Shown here: piece by piece, positions 48,834-61,019 of the stretch
Layout: each line of letters opens with the position of its first letter
How positions within the stretch are numbered: position 1 is the stretch's first letter
Source: an uncultured Thiotrichaceae bacterium
GTDB taxonomy: Bacteria; Pseudomonadota; Gammaproteobacteria; SZUA-229
Direction: 5' to 3'
Assembly: GCA_964600755.1 (NCBI GenBank)
Contig: CAZRKQ010000050.1
Coordinates: 4,926-68,925, forward strand
DNA: 64,000 bases
The notes under the pieces: generated by a model
Seen by the model: the letters and a program-made list of their open reading frames with translations, nothing else
Told to the model about the DNA's origin: nothing
The model's database searches: none
Translations under genes and position numbers: made by a program

Positions 48834-49280
48834 CTATTCCTTTTCAGTCGCTGCACAAAGCATAGTTGCAGACGTGACCAGTTCACCATCAACGCTTGCT
48901 TCACAGGTGAATTTCCAGATAATTCTCGTTCTTTTAACCAGTTCCACTTTCAACATCAGCTGATCTCCGGGAATCACCTGCCGCTTGAAACGCACATTAT
49001 CAACACCGACAAGCATGTAGAGCAGATCGTCTCTAGGGGTTTCGCTCATTGTCCTGAAGCCCAGCAGTCCGGTGGCCTGTGCCAGTGCTTCGATAATGAG
49101 CACGCCCGGCATTATTGCCGTCTGGGGAAAATGCCCCTGGAAGAACGGCTCATTCACTGATACATTTTTTATTGCAGTAAGAGATTCCCCGGGTGCGCAT
49201 TCAAGAACTCTGTCCACTAATAGAAAAGGGTATCGATGAGGCAAAAATTGTTTGACTTCTTCGGACAGCATCTCACTCAC
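48834..49280 (-). CDS. fabZ: 3-hydroxyacyl-ACP dehydratase
   Basis: 148 aa. [13 protein letters not shown]...FF.GHFP hot-dog fold motifs. Confidence 0.95.
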   Translation of the reverse strand: MSEMLSEEVKQFLPHRYPFLLVDRVLECAPGESLTAIKNVSVNEPFFQGHFPQTAIMPGVLIIEALAQATGLLGFRTMSETPRDDLLYMLVGVDNVRFKRQVIPGDQLMLKVELVKRTRIIWKFTCEASVDGELVTSATMLCAATEKE

Positions 49281-49300
49281 AGCATATCTCCAGCATGTTT

Positions 49301-50314
49301 TTATCTATTTTTTGTTTCCAGGGCTTTGATGCGTTTTGCCAGTTCATCCAGTTGTTTTATACGGGCAAGTATTCTTCGCCACTTGCTAGCTTCAAGCACG
49401 GGTATCACAGCAGCATACATTCCGGGTTGCTTGATTGAGGCAGCCACATTCGACCTGCCGGCGAGGATAACATTATCAGTGATTTCAATATTGTCACGTA
49501 TACCCACACCACCGCCGATGATACATTTCTTACCAATTTTGACAGAGCCGGCAGCGCCGCTTTGGCCGGAGATCGTAGTATGTTCACCAATATGGTCATT
49601 GTGACCAAGCTGAATCAGGTTATCTAATTTCACTCCGTCTTCAACGATCGTATCACCAATCGCGCCACGATCGATGGAGGTATTGGCACCAATTTCTACA
49701 TCATTACCAATTCTGACAGTACCCAGTTGAGGCACTTTCATGTATGAGTCCTGGTCCCAGACAAAACCGAAACCATCAGCTCCGATAACAACACCGGAGT
49801 GTAAAATATTGTTATCACCTACAGTACAACCCTCCCCTATTGTTACATTGGCAAAGAGTCGTGTATTAGCGCCAACTTTGACATTCTTTTCTAATACACA
49901 TCCTGGTGATATCCATGTACCAGGCCCGACTGATACACCACTTTGGATTACAGCACATGCTTCGACCCTTACAGATGAATCAACTTCAGCATCATCTGCA
50001 ATAACAGCATGCGGTGAAATCCATGGTTCCACTGCGGGCAATGGATTCAGTAGTAACGCAATTTTTGAAAATACGACACGTGGATTTTCAGCTATCAGGG
50101 CTGGCTTATCACAGCCATCCAGCATTTTTTCAGTGATGATCACTGCAGATGCATCAGTCGTTTTCAGGAGTCTTGTATATTTTGTATTTGAAACAAAGAC
50201 AATACTACCTTCTTCTCCACTGCAGATATCTGCAACTTTTTCGATATTGATATCACCGGACCCAGACAGGTCGGCCCCGGTATGCTCAGCTAATTCGAAA
50301 AGCTTGTATCCCAT
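49301..50314 (-). CDS. lpxD: UDP-3-O-(3-hydroxyacyl)glucosamine N-acyltransferase
   Basis: 337 aa. Hexapeptide-repeat LbH fold with the LpxD N-terminal domain. Confidence 0.95.
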   Translation of the reverse strand: MGYKLFELAEHTGADLSGSGDINIEKVADICSGEEGSIVFVSNTKYTRLLKTTDASAVIITEKMLDGCDKPALIAENPRVVFSKIALLLNPLPAVEPWISPHAVIADDAEVDSSVRVEACAVIQSGVSVGPGTWISPGCVLEKNVKVGANTRLFANVTIGEGCTVGDNNILHSGVVIGADGFGFVWDQDSYMKVPQLGTVRIGNDVEIGANTSIDRGAIGDTIVEDGVKLDNLIQLGHNDHIGEHTTISGQSGAAGSVKIGKKCIIGGGVGIRDNIEITDNVILAGRSNVAASIKQPGMYAAVIPVLEASKWRRILARIKQLDELAKRIKALETKNR

Positions 50315-50326
50315 TAAAGTGATTGT

Positions 50327-50839
50327 TTATTTCTTGAAGGCCTTCTTCATGCGTTCCAGAACTTTTTCTGAGATGTCCAGTTTCTCGTTAGCATAAGCCA
50401 CGCCCTCGCTGGTTAATATCAAGTCATATTTTTCGGCTTTGGCTATATCCTGGATAATGCTGCGAACAGACTGCTGCAATACGGCAAGTTCCTGGTTTCT
50501 GACCGTAGCCACTTCCTGTTGCAGCACAGCTTCTTTTTGCTTGAACTCCTGAATCTTGCCGATGATGCTGTTTTTCAACTCGTTGAGTTTATCTTCAGTC
50601 ATTACCAGTTCGTTTCGCTTGTAATTTTCCTGCATTTCGGTGACTTCCTTTTCCATTTCCTGTAGTTCGGTTTTACGCCCACCGAACCGCTCGAGCATGG
50701 AATCGTTCACGGCCTGAACCTGTGGAGCTTCTGTCAGGATTTTTTCAACACTGACATAACCTATTTTAGCCGCACTGGCCGCCATTACGTTTGCTGATGC
50801 AAACATCAAGATCATTAATGATGTAACTAAAGTTTTCAT
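50327..50839 (-). CDS. skp: Periplasmic chaperone Skp (OmpH)
   Basis: 170 aa. Signal peptide, then a long coiled-coil-like region. Lies between bamA and lpxD. Confidence 0.9.
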   Translation of the reverse strand: MKTLVTSLMILMFASANVMAASAAKIGYVSVEKILTEAPQVQAVNDSMLERFGGRKTELQEMEKEVTEMQENYKRNELVMTEDKLNELKNSIIGKIQEFKQKEAVLQQEVATVRNQELAVLQQSVRSIIQDIAKAEKYDLILTSEGVAYANEKLDISEKVLERMKKAFKK

Positions 50840-50850
50840 AAATCTTCCTC

Positions 50851-53175
50851 TTAAAAGAATGAACCAATACTGAACTGGAAGGCACGCAAGTCATCGCCCG
50901 GAACATCATTAAGCGGTACGCCATAACTGAACCTGAGTGGTCCAATTGGCGCTAACCAGACAAAAGACAAACCAGTCGACATTCTCAGCTGACTCGCATC
51001 AAAACCATTTTCTGTCGAATTATATGTGGGCGCCTTATCCAGAAATACGTTACCAATATCTAAAAATGCGCTTAGACGTACTGAGTTCGGCGGCTTTTCC
51101 ATGAATGGTATAGGAAATATCACGTCGGCACCACCGACAACGCGCAAATTACCGCCGATAGGGTCGTTCGAGAGAAGGTCTCGCGGCCCCAATGAATTGG
51201 TATTGTAAGCTCTGACAGTCCTCAATCCACCCGCAAAATAGCGTTCAAAAAATGGCAGCTCATCAGTAGCACCGTATCCATCTCCATAGGCGAGATCAGA
51301 ATGCAGCAGCAAGGTAAGATTTTGGGTCATCGAGAAGTAAAATTTCGTATCATAATTGAGCTTATAGTATTCAAGATCACTGCCTGGAACAGTAATATTC
51401 GATGCCACCGTCTGTGCACTGCCCCGCGTGGCAAACACCGTACGGTTTCGCGTGTCATGTGAAAAACTTGCGGTTAAAGAAAAGTTATCAAACTCATTAC
51501 CGTTCTTTGCAATAAACTCGATTACATCCAGTGATGGCGATGTGCCTATTCTCAAATCAATTGCATTGTAGCCGATACCCAGTCGTATCGTATTTACTTC
51601 AGACATAGGTATGCCATAAGAAAGACTGACGCCATATGAGTTGGACAGGTAATTAGCGATCTCTTCCTGTGCAGCATCTCGCTTTCTATACGAAGCACTC
51701 ACGGTCCTGCTGATGCCGTCTACCGTAGCGAAAGGTTCAGTATGTGCAATACTGTAAACAGTGTTCGCCCTGTCTGTGTTCACATTGACTGAAAGTGACT
51801 GCCCTGTACCCATCAGGTTTTCCTGGGTAAGGCCGACATTAAATAATAGCCCCTGGGCCTGTGAAAAACCTGCACCAATATTAAAGCTGCCTGATAATCG
51901 TTCTGTAACAGTTACGTCGATATCAATCTGGTTATCTGTGCCAGGTACCGGCCTTGTTTCAAACTCAACTTCCTCCACAAAAGACAAACGTTGAATACGA
52001 ATCTTTGAGCGCTCAAGCTTGTCACTTGCCAGTACAGAGCCCTCCATGAGCCTCATTTCGCGCCTTAATACTTCATCCCTGGTTTTGAAATTACCGAAAA
52101 ATGTAATACGGCGAACATACGCTTTCCTTCCCGGTTCCAGGTTATAGGTAAGGCTAATAGTGCGATCATCCTCATTAATCTCAGGCAACACGGCTACTTT
52201 TGCAAATGCATAACCTGTCATACCTACACGATCTTCAATCGCTTTCTGGGACTCAGTCATAAGTTTTCTGGAAAATGTATCTCCGGGTTGTGTTGAGATC
52301 AGTTGCTCCAGAACTTTTTTGTTGATGACCATATCACCGGTAAGCAGAACCTCGCCAACCGCAAATTTCTCACCTTCACTGACATTGATTGTCACGTAGA
52401 TATCTTTCTTGTCAGGTGTGATCGAGACCTGGGTAGAGTCAACGTTAAACTTGATATATCCACGATCGAGATAATATGAACGTATTGATTCGAGGTCAGC
52501 CTGTAATTTCGGTTTTGAGTACTCATCAGAATCTGAAAGGAATGCCCATGCGGAAGGTATTCCCAGCTGAATTTCATCTAGCAATTTCGCATCATCAAAC
52601 ACCGTATTGCCGATGATGTTGATTTGCTTGATAAGAGATTTGATACCTTCAGAAATATTGATATCGATATTGACCCGGTTATGGTCAAGATTCTCGACTT
52701 CGGCATCGATTTTTACATTGTATTTACCCTGGCTAAAATAGACGCTTTCAAGTTCCTGGGTGAGCTTTTCAAGTAAGGAGCGATTAAATATGCGCCCTTT
52801 AGACAGGCCAACGCCTTTCATCGCCTCTTCCAGGGTTTCATCGTCAATATCCGAGTTCCCTTCGAACGTTATATCGGTGATCGAGGGACGTTCTTTAACA
52901 CGCACAACCAGCACATCTCCATCCCTGAATAATTGTACGTCTGCAAAGAAACCGGTTTTATACAACTCCCGTATTGCAAAAACCACCTGCTTGTCATCGA
53001 GTGGATCACCCTGAATAACGGGTAAATAATTCAGCAATGTACCATCAGGTATTTTCTCCAGCCCTTCAAGACGGATATCACTGACGATAAAACTCTGCAC
53101 TGCCTCAACGATGGAAGCAACACTCAGTAAAATTATCAGGGAGAATATGCGTAGCAAATTACAGCAATTGTGCAT
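50851..53175 (-). CDS. bamA: Outer membrane protein assembly factor BamA
   Basis: ORF 50851..53220. Five POTRA domains plus C-terminal barrel ending ...FQFSIGSFF. Start placed at MHNCCNLLRIFSLIIL (53175) to avoid overlap with rseP. Confidence 0.95.
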   Translation of the reverse strand: MHNCCNLLRIFSLIILLSVASIVEAVQSFIVSDIRLEGLEKIPDGTLLNYLPVIQGDPLDDKQVVFAIRELYKTGFFADVQLFRDGDVLVVRVKERPSITDITFEGNSDIDDETLEEAMKGVGLSKGRIFNRSLLEKLTQELESVYFSQGKYNVKIDAEVENLDHNRVNIDINISEGIKSLIKQINIIGNTVFDDAKLLDEIQLGIPSAWAFLSDSDEYSKPKLQADLESIRSYYLDRGYIKFNVDSTQVSITPDKKDIYVTINVSEGEKFAVGEVLLTGDMVINKKVLEQLISTQPGDTFSRKLMTESQKAIEDRVGMTGYAFAKVAVLPEINEDDRTISLTYNLEPGRKAYVRRITFFGNFKTRDEVLRREMRLMEGSVLASDKLERSKIRIQRLSFVEEVEFETRPVPGTDNQIDIDVTVTERLSGSFNIGAGFSQAQGLLFNVGLTQENLMGTGQSLSVNVNTDRANTVYSIAHTEPFATVDGISRTVSASYRKRDAAQEEIANYLSNSYGVSLSYGIPMSEVNTIRLGIGYNAIDLRIGTSPSLDVIEFIAKNGNEFDNFSLTASFSHDTRNRTVFATRGSAQTVASNITVPGSDLEYYKLNYDTKFYFSMTQNLTLLLHSDLAYGDGYGATDELPFFERYFAGGLRTVRAYNTNSLGPRDLLSNDPIGGNLRVVGGADVIFPIPFMEKPPNSVRLSAFLDIGNVFLDKAPTYNSTENGFDASQLRMSTGLSFVWLAPIGPLRFSYGVPLNDVPGDDLRAFQFSIGSFF

Positions 53176-53182
53176 CGTCACC

Positions 53183-54550
53183 TCATTGCAACAACCGCTG
53201 AAAATCATTGAACAAGGCAATCATCATAAGAAGCGCGAGTATCATTACGCCAATTTGCTGCCCCCTGACCTCAAAGGTCTCTGATACGGGCCCGCCCTTA
53301 ATGGTCTCAATCAGGTAGTAAAACAGGTGGCCGCCATCAAGCATTGGAATCGGTAACAGATTAAGCACGCCCAGGCTGACTGAAATAATCGCAAGAAAAC
53401 CAATAAAGGTTGTGAACCCTATTGTGGCTGTAACTCCAGCGTACTGTGCAATTGTAATTGGGCCGGAAATATTATTTAGTGATGCCTCCCCCGTCACCAT
53501 CTTCCACAGCACCCGCAGAGTCAACAGTGACATATCCCAGGTCTTGATTGCTGCTTTTGGAATTGACTCAATAACTCCGTACTTGAGCTCAACAATCAAT
53601 TCATCTCTGACTTCGTCAGGTATGTTCTGGTATGCGCCGATATAGCCGACTTGCTCGTCAGCGTGTTTTTTAGTGCCGGGAATTACATCAATATCTATCA
53701 GCTGACCGCCCCTGTCGACAGAAAACTTCAGTAACTGATTCGGGCTTGCACGCACCAGCTCGACAATTTCACTCCACTCATACACGGGCTTGCCATTTAT
53801 CGAGCGTATAGTGTCTCCCTTTACAAGCCCTGCCTCGCTGGCCGCACCACCTTCCACTACCCCTCCAATTTCCGCTGGTAACTCGGGCTGCCACATCTCG
53901 AAACCGAGTTTGGTGACGATGTCAGTTTCGTCTTCGAGCACCCTGGTCTCACCCAGCTGAAGCGACCGCATAACTTCAAAGCCATCGACATCACGCACCT
54001 TTATATCAAGCTGGCCACCGTCCAGCCCCTGGTCAATCAGGGCAATCCGAAAAGTATTCCAGGATGCAACCCTGGATTCGCCGACTTGCAGGATTTCATC
54101 CTTTTCTGAAAAACCGGCCTGAGCGGCAACTGACTCTGCCAAAGACACACCTACTAGCGGACGTTGCGCAGTGGTACCGACCACAAATACCAGCCAGTAC
54201 AGGAAAATAGCCAGAATAAAATTAAATGCCGGGCCGGCAAACACAATCAGGGAACGCTTCCAAACCGGCTGCCTGTTAAAAGCACGGGGCAGCTCTTCTT
54301 CAGGCACATTTCCTTCTCGCTCATCAAGCATTTTTACATAACCACCGAGTGGTATAGCGGCAACAACATATTCAGCACGGTCAATGTCATTTTTACGCCT
54401 CCATGTAAACAGCGGCTTGCCGAAACCAACAGAAAACCGCAATACTTTTACACCCAGTTTTCGTGCCACCCAGAAATGGCCGAACTCATGAAAAGTAACG
54501 AGAACACCAATGGCTACAATAAAAAAGAAGATATTATGCAGTATGCTCAT
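53183..54550 (-). CDS. rseP: Sigma-E protease RseP (site-2 zinc metalloprotease)
   Basis: 455 aa. HEFGHFWVAR (HExxH) and two PDZ domains. Confidence 0.95.
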   Translation of the reverse strand: MSILHNIFFFIVAIGVLVTFHEFGHFWVARKLGVKVLRFSVGFGKPLFTWRRKNDIDRAEYVVAAIPLGGYVKMLDEREGNVPEEELPRAFNRQPVWKRSLIVFAGPAFNFILAIFLYWLVFVVGTTAQRPLVGVSLAESVAAQAGFSEKDEILQVGESRVASWNTFRIALIDQGLDGGQLDIKVRDVDGFEVMRSLQLGETRVLEDETDIVTKLGFEMWQPELPAEIGGVVEGGAASEAGLVKGDTIRSINGKPVYEWSEIVELVRASPNQLLKFSVDRGGQLIDIDVIPGTKKHADEQVGYIGAYQNIPDEVRDELIVELKYGVIESIPKAAIKTWDMSLLTLRVLWKMVTGEASLNNISGPITIAQYAGVTATIGFTTFIGFLAIISVSLGVLNLLPIPMLDGGHLFYYLIETIKGGPVSETFEVRGQQIGVMILALLMMIALFNDFQRLLQ

Positions 54551-54553
54551 GGA

Positions 54554-55747
54554 TTAAACAGTCTGTAGATTATTCATATGTGACCGTGCGATTTCACGTG
54601 CCGACTGGTCCACAGCCAGGATCTCATCGAGTGTGCTCGCATTTGTTATTGTTATTTTTTCTAAAACGCTTTGTATTAACCCTGCAATTGCTGTAAATGC
54701 GATCTTCTTCTGCAGGAACGCCTCAACAGCAATTTCATTCGCTGCATTCAGTGCAATACTTGCCGAGCCTCCTGCCTGTATTGCCTGGTAGCATAATTTA
54801 AGGCATGGAAATCGTTGCAAATCGGGTTTTTCAAACTCCAGTTTTGCGACATCAAAAATATCAAGAGGTTCAACACCTGAATCTATTCGTTCAGGCCAGG
54901 CCAGGCAATGTGCAATCGGTGTACGCATATCAGGATTACCCAGTTGAGCCAGAATTGAGCCATCAGCATATGAAACCATCGAATGAATGATACTTTGAGG
55001 ATGAATAACGACTTCGATGAGGTCGTGCGAAACATTGAAAAGCCAATGCGCCTCGATTACCTCTAACCCCTTGTTCATCATCGTAGCTGAATCAACTGAA
55101 ATTTTCCGTCCCATGACCCAATTCGGATGGCTAACGGCCTGTTCTGGCGTAATCTCATGAAATTGTTCGAGCGCTGTGGTTCTGAAGGGACCACCACTGG
55201 CAGTCAGCAATATCCTGTTAATGCCTGACTGTTGCGGGTTATCAGGCAGTTGATGCGGCATACACTGGAAAATAGCATTATGCTCACTGTCGACAGGCAG
55301 CAATAGCGCACCGTTATTATGCACGGCATCCATAAACAGACGCCCTGACATCACCAGTGCTTCCTTATTAGCGAGCAATACCCGCTTGCCTGACTCTGCA
55401 GCAGATAATGTTGGCTGCAAACCGGCTGCACCGACAATACCGGCGACCACGGTATCAACCTGCTCCAGGCTGGAAACCTGCTTCAGGCCTTCAATACCTG
55501 CAAGCACCTGCGTGTCCTGCCCCCTGGCTTTCAGTCTATCGAAAAGCTGTTGTGCACAGGTCTGGTCGCTCATCACGGCAAATTCCGGCCGCCATTGCAG
55601 ACACTGCTGCTCGAGCGCATCAACATCAGTATTTGCGGTTAAAGCGACAATTCTGTACTTGTCCTGGTGGCGTGAAACCACATCCAGCGTGTTTTGCCCG
55701 ATGCTTCCGGTAGAGCCCAGAATTGTTATTGCCCTGGATGCATTCAT
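54554..55747 (-). CDS. dxr: 1-deoxy-D-xylulose 5-phosphate reductoisomerase
   Basis: 397 aa. [10 protein letters not shown]-terminal NADPH motif and Dxr-specific central region. Confidence 0.95.
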   Translation of the reverse strand: MNASRAITILGSTGSIGQNTLDVVSRHQDKYRIVALTANTDVDALEQQCLQWRPEFAVMSDQTCAQQLFDRLKARGQDTQVLAGIEGLKQVSSLEQVDTVVAGIVGAAGLQPTLSAAESGKRVLLANKEALVMSGRLFMDAVHNNGALLLPVDSEHNAIFQCMPHQLPDNPQQSGINRILLTASGGPFRTTALEQFHEITPEQAVSHPNWVMGRKISVDSATMMNKGLEVIEAHWLFNVSHDLIEVVIHPQSIIHSMVSYADGSILAQLGNPDMRTPIAHCLAWPERIDSGVEPLDIFDVAKLEFEKPDLQRFPCLKLCYQAIQAGGSASIALNAANEIAVEAFLQKKIAFTAIAGLIQSVLEKITITNASTLDEILAVDQSAREIARSHMNNLQTV

Positions 55748-56565
55748 ATACTGAGCACCGGCTGCAGCAATAACTCATACCCGACCAGGAATACAGGCAT
55801 GGCAGCCAGCACACTGTCAATTCTGTCGAGAATTCCACCATGGCCAGGAAGTATCGCCCCGCTGTCCTTGACGCCATGTTCGCGCTTCAACACACTCTCG
55901 TATAGATCTCCGACAACCGAGACCAGTGTAAGCACGACAGCCAGCAGTAGAAAGTAAATGGTGCTCCTGGTATCGAGACCGAAATAATACGCGGCTAGCG
56001 CCGTATATACGACCACAGCGGCAATAGCGCCGTATAAACCTTCACGCGTTTTTCCAGGACTGATTGCAGGTGCAAGTTTGTGTCGGCCAAAACGCTTGCC
56101 ACTGAAATAGGCACCGATATCAGCCACCCATACGAGCATCAGGCCATAAAGCAGCCATTCGGGGCCATTATGCTCTACATGGATGGCGTTCATGGCTAAC
56201 ACTGCAGCAGGAATGACCAGTATGCCGGCAAGCAGTTTAAGCGGTGATACCTTGCTGCTGACTTTTTCTGGCTGCGCCTTAAACAGGTAAAAGCTGATGA
56301 AAAGCCACCAGATTACACCCGCATAAATATAAAACTGCATATATTGGCCGGCATAGTTAATCACGATCCAGGGAATTGCACACATCAGCAACAGATAGAT
56401 GATTTGACCGACAGTGTTCAATCCGGCCAGTTTCGCCCATTCGTAGGCAGCTACTGCTGTAACAACCATCGTCAGCCAGAAAAAAACATGGCTTGGCTGG
56501 AAAAGGATAATCCAGATAATGCCTACGGCGAGAGGAATGGCTGTGAGTACACGTTGAAGCAACAT
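55744..56565 (-). CDS. cdsA: Phosphatidate cytidylyltransferase
   Basis: 273 aa. C-terminal SxxKRxxxxKDxGxxxPGHGGxxDRxDS motif ([25 protein letters not shown]). Confidence 0.95.
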   Translation of the reverse strand: MLLQRVLTAIPLAVGIIWIILFQPSHVFFWLTMVVTAVAAYEWAKLAGLNTVGQIIYLLLMCAIPWIVINYAGQYMQFYIYAGVIWWLFISFYLFKAQPEKVSSKVSPLKLLAGILVIPAAVLAMNAIHVEHNGPEWLLYGLMLVWVADIGAYFSGKRFGRHKLAPAISPGKTREGLYGAIAAVVVYTALAAYYFGLDTRSTIYFLLLAVVLTLVSVVGDLYESVLKREHGVKDSGAILPGHGGILDRIDSVLAAMPVFLVGYELLLQPVLSI

Positions 56566-56573
56566 AGCTGGCG

Positions 56574-57338
56574 TTATCCCGTTTGACTTCCCTGCGCGCC
56601 TTCTACCTGATCCCCGGTTTTTCCAAAACGGCGTTGCCGCTTGCTATACCAGTCCAATGCTTCGTCAAAAGCAGCATCATTAAATTCAGGCCAAAGCGTA
56701 TCAGTGAAGAACAGTTCAGTGTATGCAATTTGCCACAGCAGGAAATTACTGATTCTCTGTTCACCACCTGTACGTATAAATAGGTCAGGTTCCGGCAAAT
56801 CAACCAGACACAGTTCGCGGGTAAATGCCTCTTCAGTTATCTGATTCTCAACAATCTCGCCATTAACCAGCTTTCGTGACAAGTTTTGGGCAGCTTTCAC
56901 GATGTCCCATCGCCCGCCATAATTTGCAGCAATGTTGAGATTTAGTTTTGTGTTCGTTTCTGTTTTCTTTTCAGCAGCAGTGATACTTGCCTGAAGATTT
57001 TCTGAAAAGCGGGTGCGGTCACCAATGAAACGTATACGAACACCCTGCTCATGCAACTTGTTTAACTCTGAATTCAGTGTGGATAGAAACAGGGACATCA
57101 GGCTGCTGACTTCCTGTTCAGGACGGTTCCAGTTTTCGCTGCTGAAAGCAAATAGCGTTAATGCGCCTATTCCTTTTATTGCACATAACTCAACCAGGCG
57201 TCGCGTAGCCTTGACACCAGCTTTATGCCCGGCCGTACGCGGAAGAAAGCGATTTTTTGCCCAGCGGCCGTTACCGTCCATCACAACAGCTACGTGCTGT
57301 GGCACAATCTTATTGTTATCTGTTTGCTCTGTAGTCAT
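56574..57338 (-). CDS. uppS: Ditrans,polycis-undecaprenyl-diphosphate synthase
   Basis: 254 aa. HVAVVMDGNGRWA and later UPPS motifs. Confidence 0.95.
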   Translation of the reverse strand: MTTEQTDNNKIVPQHVAVVMDGNGRWAKNRFLPRTAGHKAGVKATRRLVELCAIKGIGALTLFAFSSENWNRPEQEVSSLMSLFLSTLNSELNKLHEQGVRIRFIGDRTRFSENLQASITAAEKKTETNTKLNLNIAANYGGRWDIVKAAQNLSRKLVNGEIVENQITEEAFTRELCLVDLPEPDLFIRTGGEQRISNFLLWQIAYTELFFTDTLWPEFNDAAFDEALDWYSKRQRRFGKTGDQVEGAQGSQTG

Positions 57339-57408
57339 TTACTGATGAAGCCGGTATAAAACATAACCCCTTACCCAGGTATAAAATCCGGATGACGCAC
57401 CTGAAAGC

Positions 57409-57966
57409 TTATACTTCCATCAACTCAGCTTCCTTATCAGCCAGCACCTTATCAATTTTGCCAACATAGGTATCTGTCAGCTTCTGAATATTTTCTTCAG
57501 CTTTACGCTCTTCGTCCTCAGATATTTCCTTTTCTTTCAGCAGATCCTTGAAATCACTATTTGCATCACGCCGGATATTGCGGATAGCTACTCGTGCTTG
57601 CTCCGCCTCGTGCCTGACGACCTTGACAAGATCTTTACGCCGCTCTTCTGTCAACGGTGGCATCGGTATTCGGATAACGGTACCAGCAGTTGCAGGATTT
57701 AGTCCAAGATCTGAACCCATGATAGCCTTTTCGACTTTTGCAACCATGTCCTTCTCCCAGGGAGTGACAACCAGTGTTCTGGAGTCTTCGACGTTCACAT
57801 TAGCAACCTGGTTGATAGGCGTGGCTGCACCATAATAATCAACATTGATTTGATCAAGCAGGCTGGGGTGTGCTCGACCTGTTCTTATTTTTGTGAATTC
57901 CGTATGTAATGAGTCGATACTCTTGCTCATGCGGACTTCTGCATCTTTAATAATCTCGTCAATCAT
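57409..57966 (-). CDS. frr: Ribosome recycling factor
   Basis: 185 aa. Canonical Frr sequence. Confidence 0.95.
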   Translation of the reverse strand: MIDEIIKDAEVRMSKSIDSLHTEFTKIRTGRAHPSLLDQINVDYYGAATPINQVANVNVEDSRTLVVTPWEKDMVAKVEKAIMGSDLGLNPATAGTVIRIPMPPLTEERRKDLVKVVRHEAEQARVAIRNIRRDANSDFKDLLKEKEISEDEERKAEENIQKLTDTYVGKIDKVLADKEAELMEV

Positions 57967-58697
57967 GCTGTTTCCTCCAATACAACAGTCGTGCCAATAC
58001 TGTGGTCACTCATTGTTGCAGGTAAAGCGCCTTTATCATTAAGATTAAATACACGTAGCGGCAGGTTATTGTCGCGACACATCACTATCGCTGTCATATC
58101 CATAACACCAAGATTTTTTTCAATGGCTTTAGCATATGTCAAAGTCTCGTAGCGTATTGCGTCCGGATTACTGGCTGGATCTGAATCGAATACACCATCA
58201 ACCTTGGTTGCCTTCATGATGACATCCGCTTCTATTTCAATGGCACGCAGGCAACCGGCAGTGTCTGTGGTAAAAAATGGATTGCCAGTACCTGCAGCAA
58301 AAATGACTATTCTGCCCTTCTCTAGATGACGTATCGAACGTCGGCGAACATATTCCTCACAAACACGATTAATACGAATAGCAGACATTACCCGGCATTG
58401 CTTACCGATTTTTTCAAGTGCATCCTGCATTGCCAGTGAGTTAATCACGGTTGCCAGCATGCCCATGTGATCACCAGTGACGCGATCAATACCTGCCTGG
58501 GCCAGACCCTGGCCCCTGAAAATATTGCCCCCGCCAATAACAAGGGCTACCTCTATGCCCATATCGGAGACCTCGGCTATTTCCGCTGCAACACGTGACA
58601 TCATGTTGGTTTCAATGCCGAAATCCATATTGCCCATGAGTGCTTCACCACTAAGTTTGAGCAATACCCGTTTATAGAATGGTTTGTTAGTAGTCAT
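57963..58697 (-). CDS. pyrH: UMP kinase
   Basis: ORF 57963..58760. Start at [20 protein letters not shown] by comparison with E. coli PyrH. Confidence 0.95.
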   Translation of the reverse strand: MTTNKPFYKRVLLKLSGEALMGNMDFGIETNMMSRVAAEIAEVSDMGIEVALVIGGGNIFRGQGLAQAGIDRVTGDHMGMLATVINSLAMQDALEKIGKQCRVMSAIRINRVCEEYVRRRSIRHLEKGRIVIFAAGTGNPFFTTDTAGCLRAIEIEADVIMKATKVDGVFDSDPASNPDAIRYETLTYAKAIEKNLGVMDMTAIVMCRDNNLPLRVFNLNDKGALPATMSDHSIGTTVVLEETA

Positions 58698-58772
58698 TAT
58701 TTTTATTATTCCAGCCACAAAAAACCGGGAAAGAAAATCCCGGTTTTTGTTTCGTAGCAAATCATCTTAAGT

Positions 58773-59654
58773 TTAACTAGCGTTAACTTGTGCCATTACT
58801 TCGTCAGCAAAATTTTCCTGTTTCTTTTCTATACCTTCGCCAACTTCATAGCGTACAAAACCGGTTACGTTTGCACCTTCATCTTTAAGTAAGGCACCGA
58901 CAGTTTTATCCGGGTCCTTGACAAAGGGCTGTCCGACAAGCGTGATCTCAGCGAGATACTTGCGTATACGGCCATCTACCATCTTTTCGATAATATCTTG
59001 CGGTTTGCCGCTGTCCTGTGCCTGGGCAATCAGGATTTCACGCTCCTTCGCCAGCATTTGCGCAGAAACCTGTTCCTCGGTTACACAGGTTGGCTTGCTT
59101 GCCGCAATATGCATTGCTACATCCTTGATCAAATCTTCATTACCATTTTCCATTTCAAGTAAAACACCAATGCGTGTGCCGTGCAGATAGCTGCCAAATG
59201 AGCCTGCATCTGCGCTCATGACCTCACAACGGCGAACCTGGATATTCTCGCCGATTTTCGAAATCATTGCCTTACGCTTGTCTTCAACACTCTGTGAGCC
59301 ATCGATAGAAAGCTCAAGTAGTGATTCAATCGATTCAGGCTTGTTGTTAAGAGCTACAGCAGCAATTTCATTGACGAAGTCCATGAAATCATCACCACCA
59401 GAAACAAAATCTGTTTCACAATTTACTTCGACGATAACTGCGGCTTTTCCATCATCGCTGATCTTGATCGCAATGCGGCCTTCGGCAGCTACACGACCAG
59501 CCTTTTTATCGGCCTTCGCAAGGCCGGATTTGCGCATATTTTCGATCGCGGTATCAATATCGCCGTCAGCCTCCTGCAGGGCCTTTTTGCATTCCATCAT
59601 GCCCGAGCCGGTACGCTCACGTAGTTCTTTTACCATTGCAGCTGTAATCTGCAT
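58773..59654 (-). CDS. tsf: Elongation factor Ts
   Basis: 293 aa. [24 protein letters not shown]. Confidence 0.95.
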   Translation of the reverse strand: MQITAAMVKELRERTGSGMMECKKALQEADGDIDTAIENMRKSGLAKADKKAGRVAAEGRIAIKISDDGKAAVIVEVNCETDFVSGGDDFMDFVNEIAAVALNNKPESIESLLELSIDGSQSVEDKRKAMISKIGENIQVRRCEVMSADAGSFGSYLHGTRIGVLLEMENGNEDLIKDVAMHIAASKPTCVTEEQVSAQMLAKEREILIAQAQDSGKPQDIIEKMVDGRIRKYLAEITLVGQPFVKDPDKTVGALLKDEGANVTGFVRYEVGEGIEKKQENFADEVMAQVNAS

Positions 59655-59721
59655 GTTATTACCTCTGTGTCTGTTCGTTGTTTCTAACCATGTTCAAATT
59701 CAGTCAGCCAGCTCAGCTTAA

Positions 59722-60744
59722 TCAAGCTTTTTTCTTGACGGCCTTCTTCTTGGCAACTTTCTTTTTAGCTACCTTCTTCTTGGCGACTTTCTTTTTAGCC
59801 ACTTTATTCTTTGGCGCTGCAGCTGCCTTCTCTGTGACTTCTTCAACAGCTTCCTCGGCAACTTCTTCAACTACAACTTCTGCTGGAGCTTCAGCTTCTA
59901 CTTTTTCAGCCGCTTCTTTTACTGCTTCTACTTTTTTTGCAACAGGTGCTTTTTCCTCGGCTGCTTGTACGTGAGCCTTGGCTGTTTTCTTCACAGGCGC
60001 CTTCTTTACTGACACCTTTTTCTTTGGTGCTGTTTCTTCGACTTCTTCAGGCTGAATTACAGCAGAAGCACGTCCTTCAATGACAGCGTCGGCGATTCCC
60101 TGTGAATATAGTCGAATCGCCTTGATAGCATCATCATTACCGGGAACAATGTAATCAATGCCATCGGGTGAATTATTTGTGTCAACAATGCCGAATACTG
60201 GAATGCCGAGCTTGTTAGCTTCATTTATGGCAATCTCTTCATGGCCAACATCTATTACAAATAATGCATCTGGCAGACCTTTCATGTTCTTGATACCGCC
60301 AAGCACCTTCTCAAGCTTTTCCATTTCACGTTTCAAACCAAGCGCTTCTTTCTTGGTAAGCCTGGCAAAGCCCTCACCGGTAGACATTTCCTCTAGATCC
60401 ATCAACCTTTGTATAGACTGGCGAATAGTTTTGTAATTGGTCAGCATGCCGCCGAGCCAGCGATGGTTTACATATGGCATTCCACAACGCTGTGCTTCTT
60501 CCATCACCGTGTTGCGTGCTGCGCGTTTTGTGCCAACAAATAAAACAGTGCCTCGATTAGAAGCAATCTTGCCAATGGCATTTACAGCGTCGTTGTAAAG
60601 TGGCAGGGTTTTTTCAAGGTTGACGATGTGGATCTTGTTGCGGGCACCAAAAATGAATTCTGACATTTTTGGGTTCCAGAAACGGGTCTGGTGACCAAAA
60701 TGAACGCCGGCTTCGAGCATCAGGCGCATAGATACGTTAGACAT
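59722..60744 (-). CDS. rpsB: 30S ribosomal protein S2 with ~100-aa C-terminal extension (acidic E/A/V-rich region followed by a (KKVAK)n lysine-rich tail)
   Basis: 340 aa, versus about 240 aa for a typical S2. S2 core: [19 protein letters not shown]....VFVGTKRAA. The extension is ...[16 protein letters not shown]...[52 protein letters not shown]. Confidence 0.95.
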   Translation of the reverse strand: MSNVSMRLMLEAGVHFGHQTRFWNPKMSEFIFGARNKIHIVNLEKTLPLYNDAVNAIGKIASNRGTVLFVGTKRAARNTVMEEAQRCGMPYVNHRWLGGMLTNYKTIRQSIQRLMDLEEMSTGEGFARLTKKEALGLKREMEKLEKVLGGIKNMKGLPDALFVIDVGHEEIAINEANKLGIPVFGIVDTNNSPDGIDYIVPGNDDAIKAIRLYSQGIADAVIEGRASAVIQPEEVEETAPKKKVSVKKAPVKKTAKAHVQAAEEKAPVAKKVEAVKEAAEKVEAEAPAEVVVEEVAEEAVEEVTEKAAAAPKNKVAKKKVAKKKVAKKKVAKKKAVKKKA

Positions 60745-61019
60745 ATGTCTCTCCTAAAGGGGTTAGGCCTCCATACACCCCATGCAATAACCGTTTTTAT
60801 GTCGGCACCCAATTGCATGTGTCGGTGTATGTGCGAATTAAAATCCGATATAGTCGTCATTTTGGCGCCAATGCAGGTGCCTGATCAGACGTTTATCGAG
60901 TGAATTGCGTTAAACGCGGCGGCTTTATACCATATCGGGCGCCTGGAAACAACGGGAATATACATCGCCCAATATCGAGATATATGATGTAACTTATTTA
61001 TTTATAAGGATTTATTACT

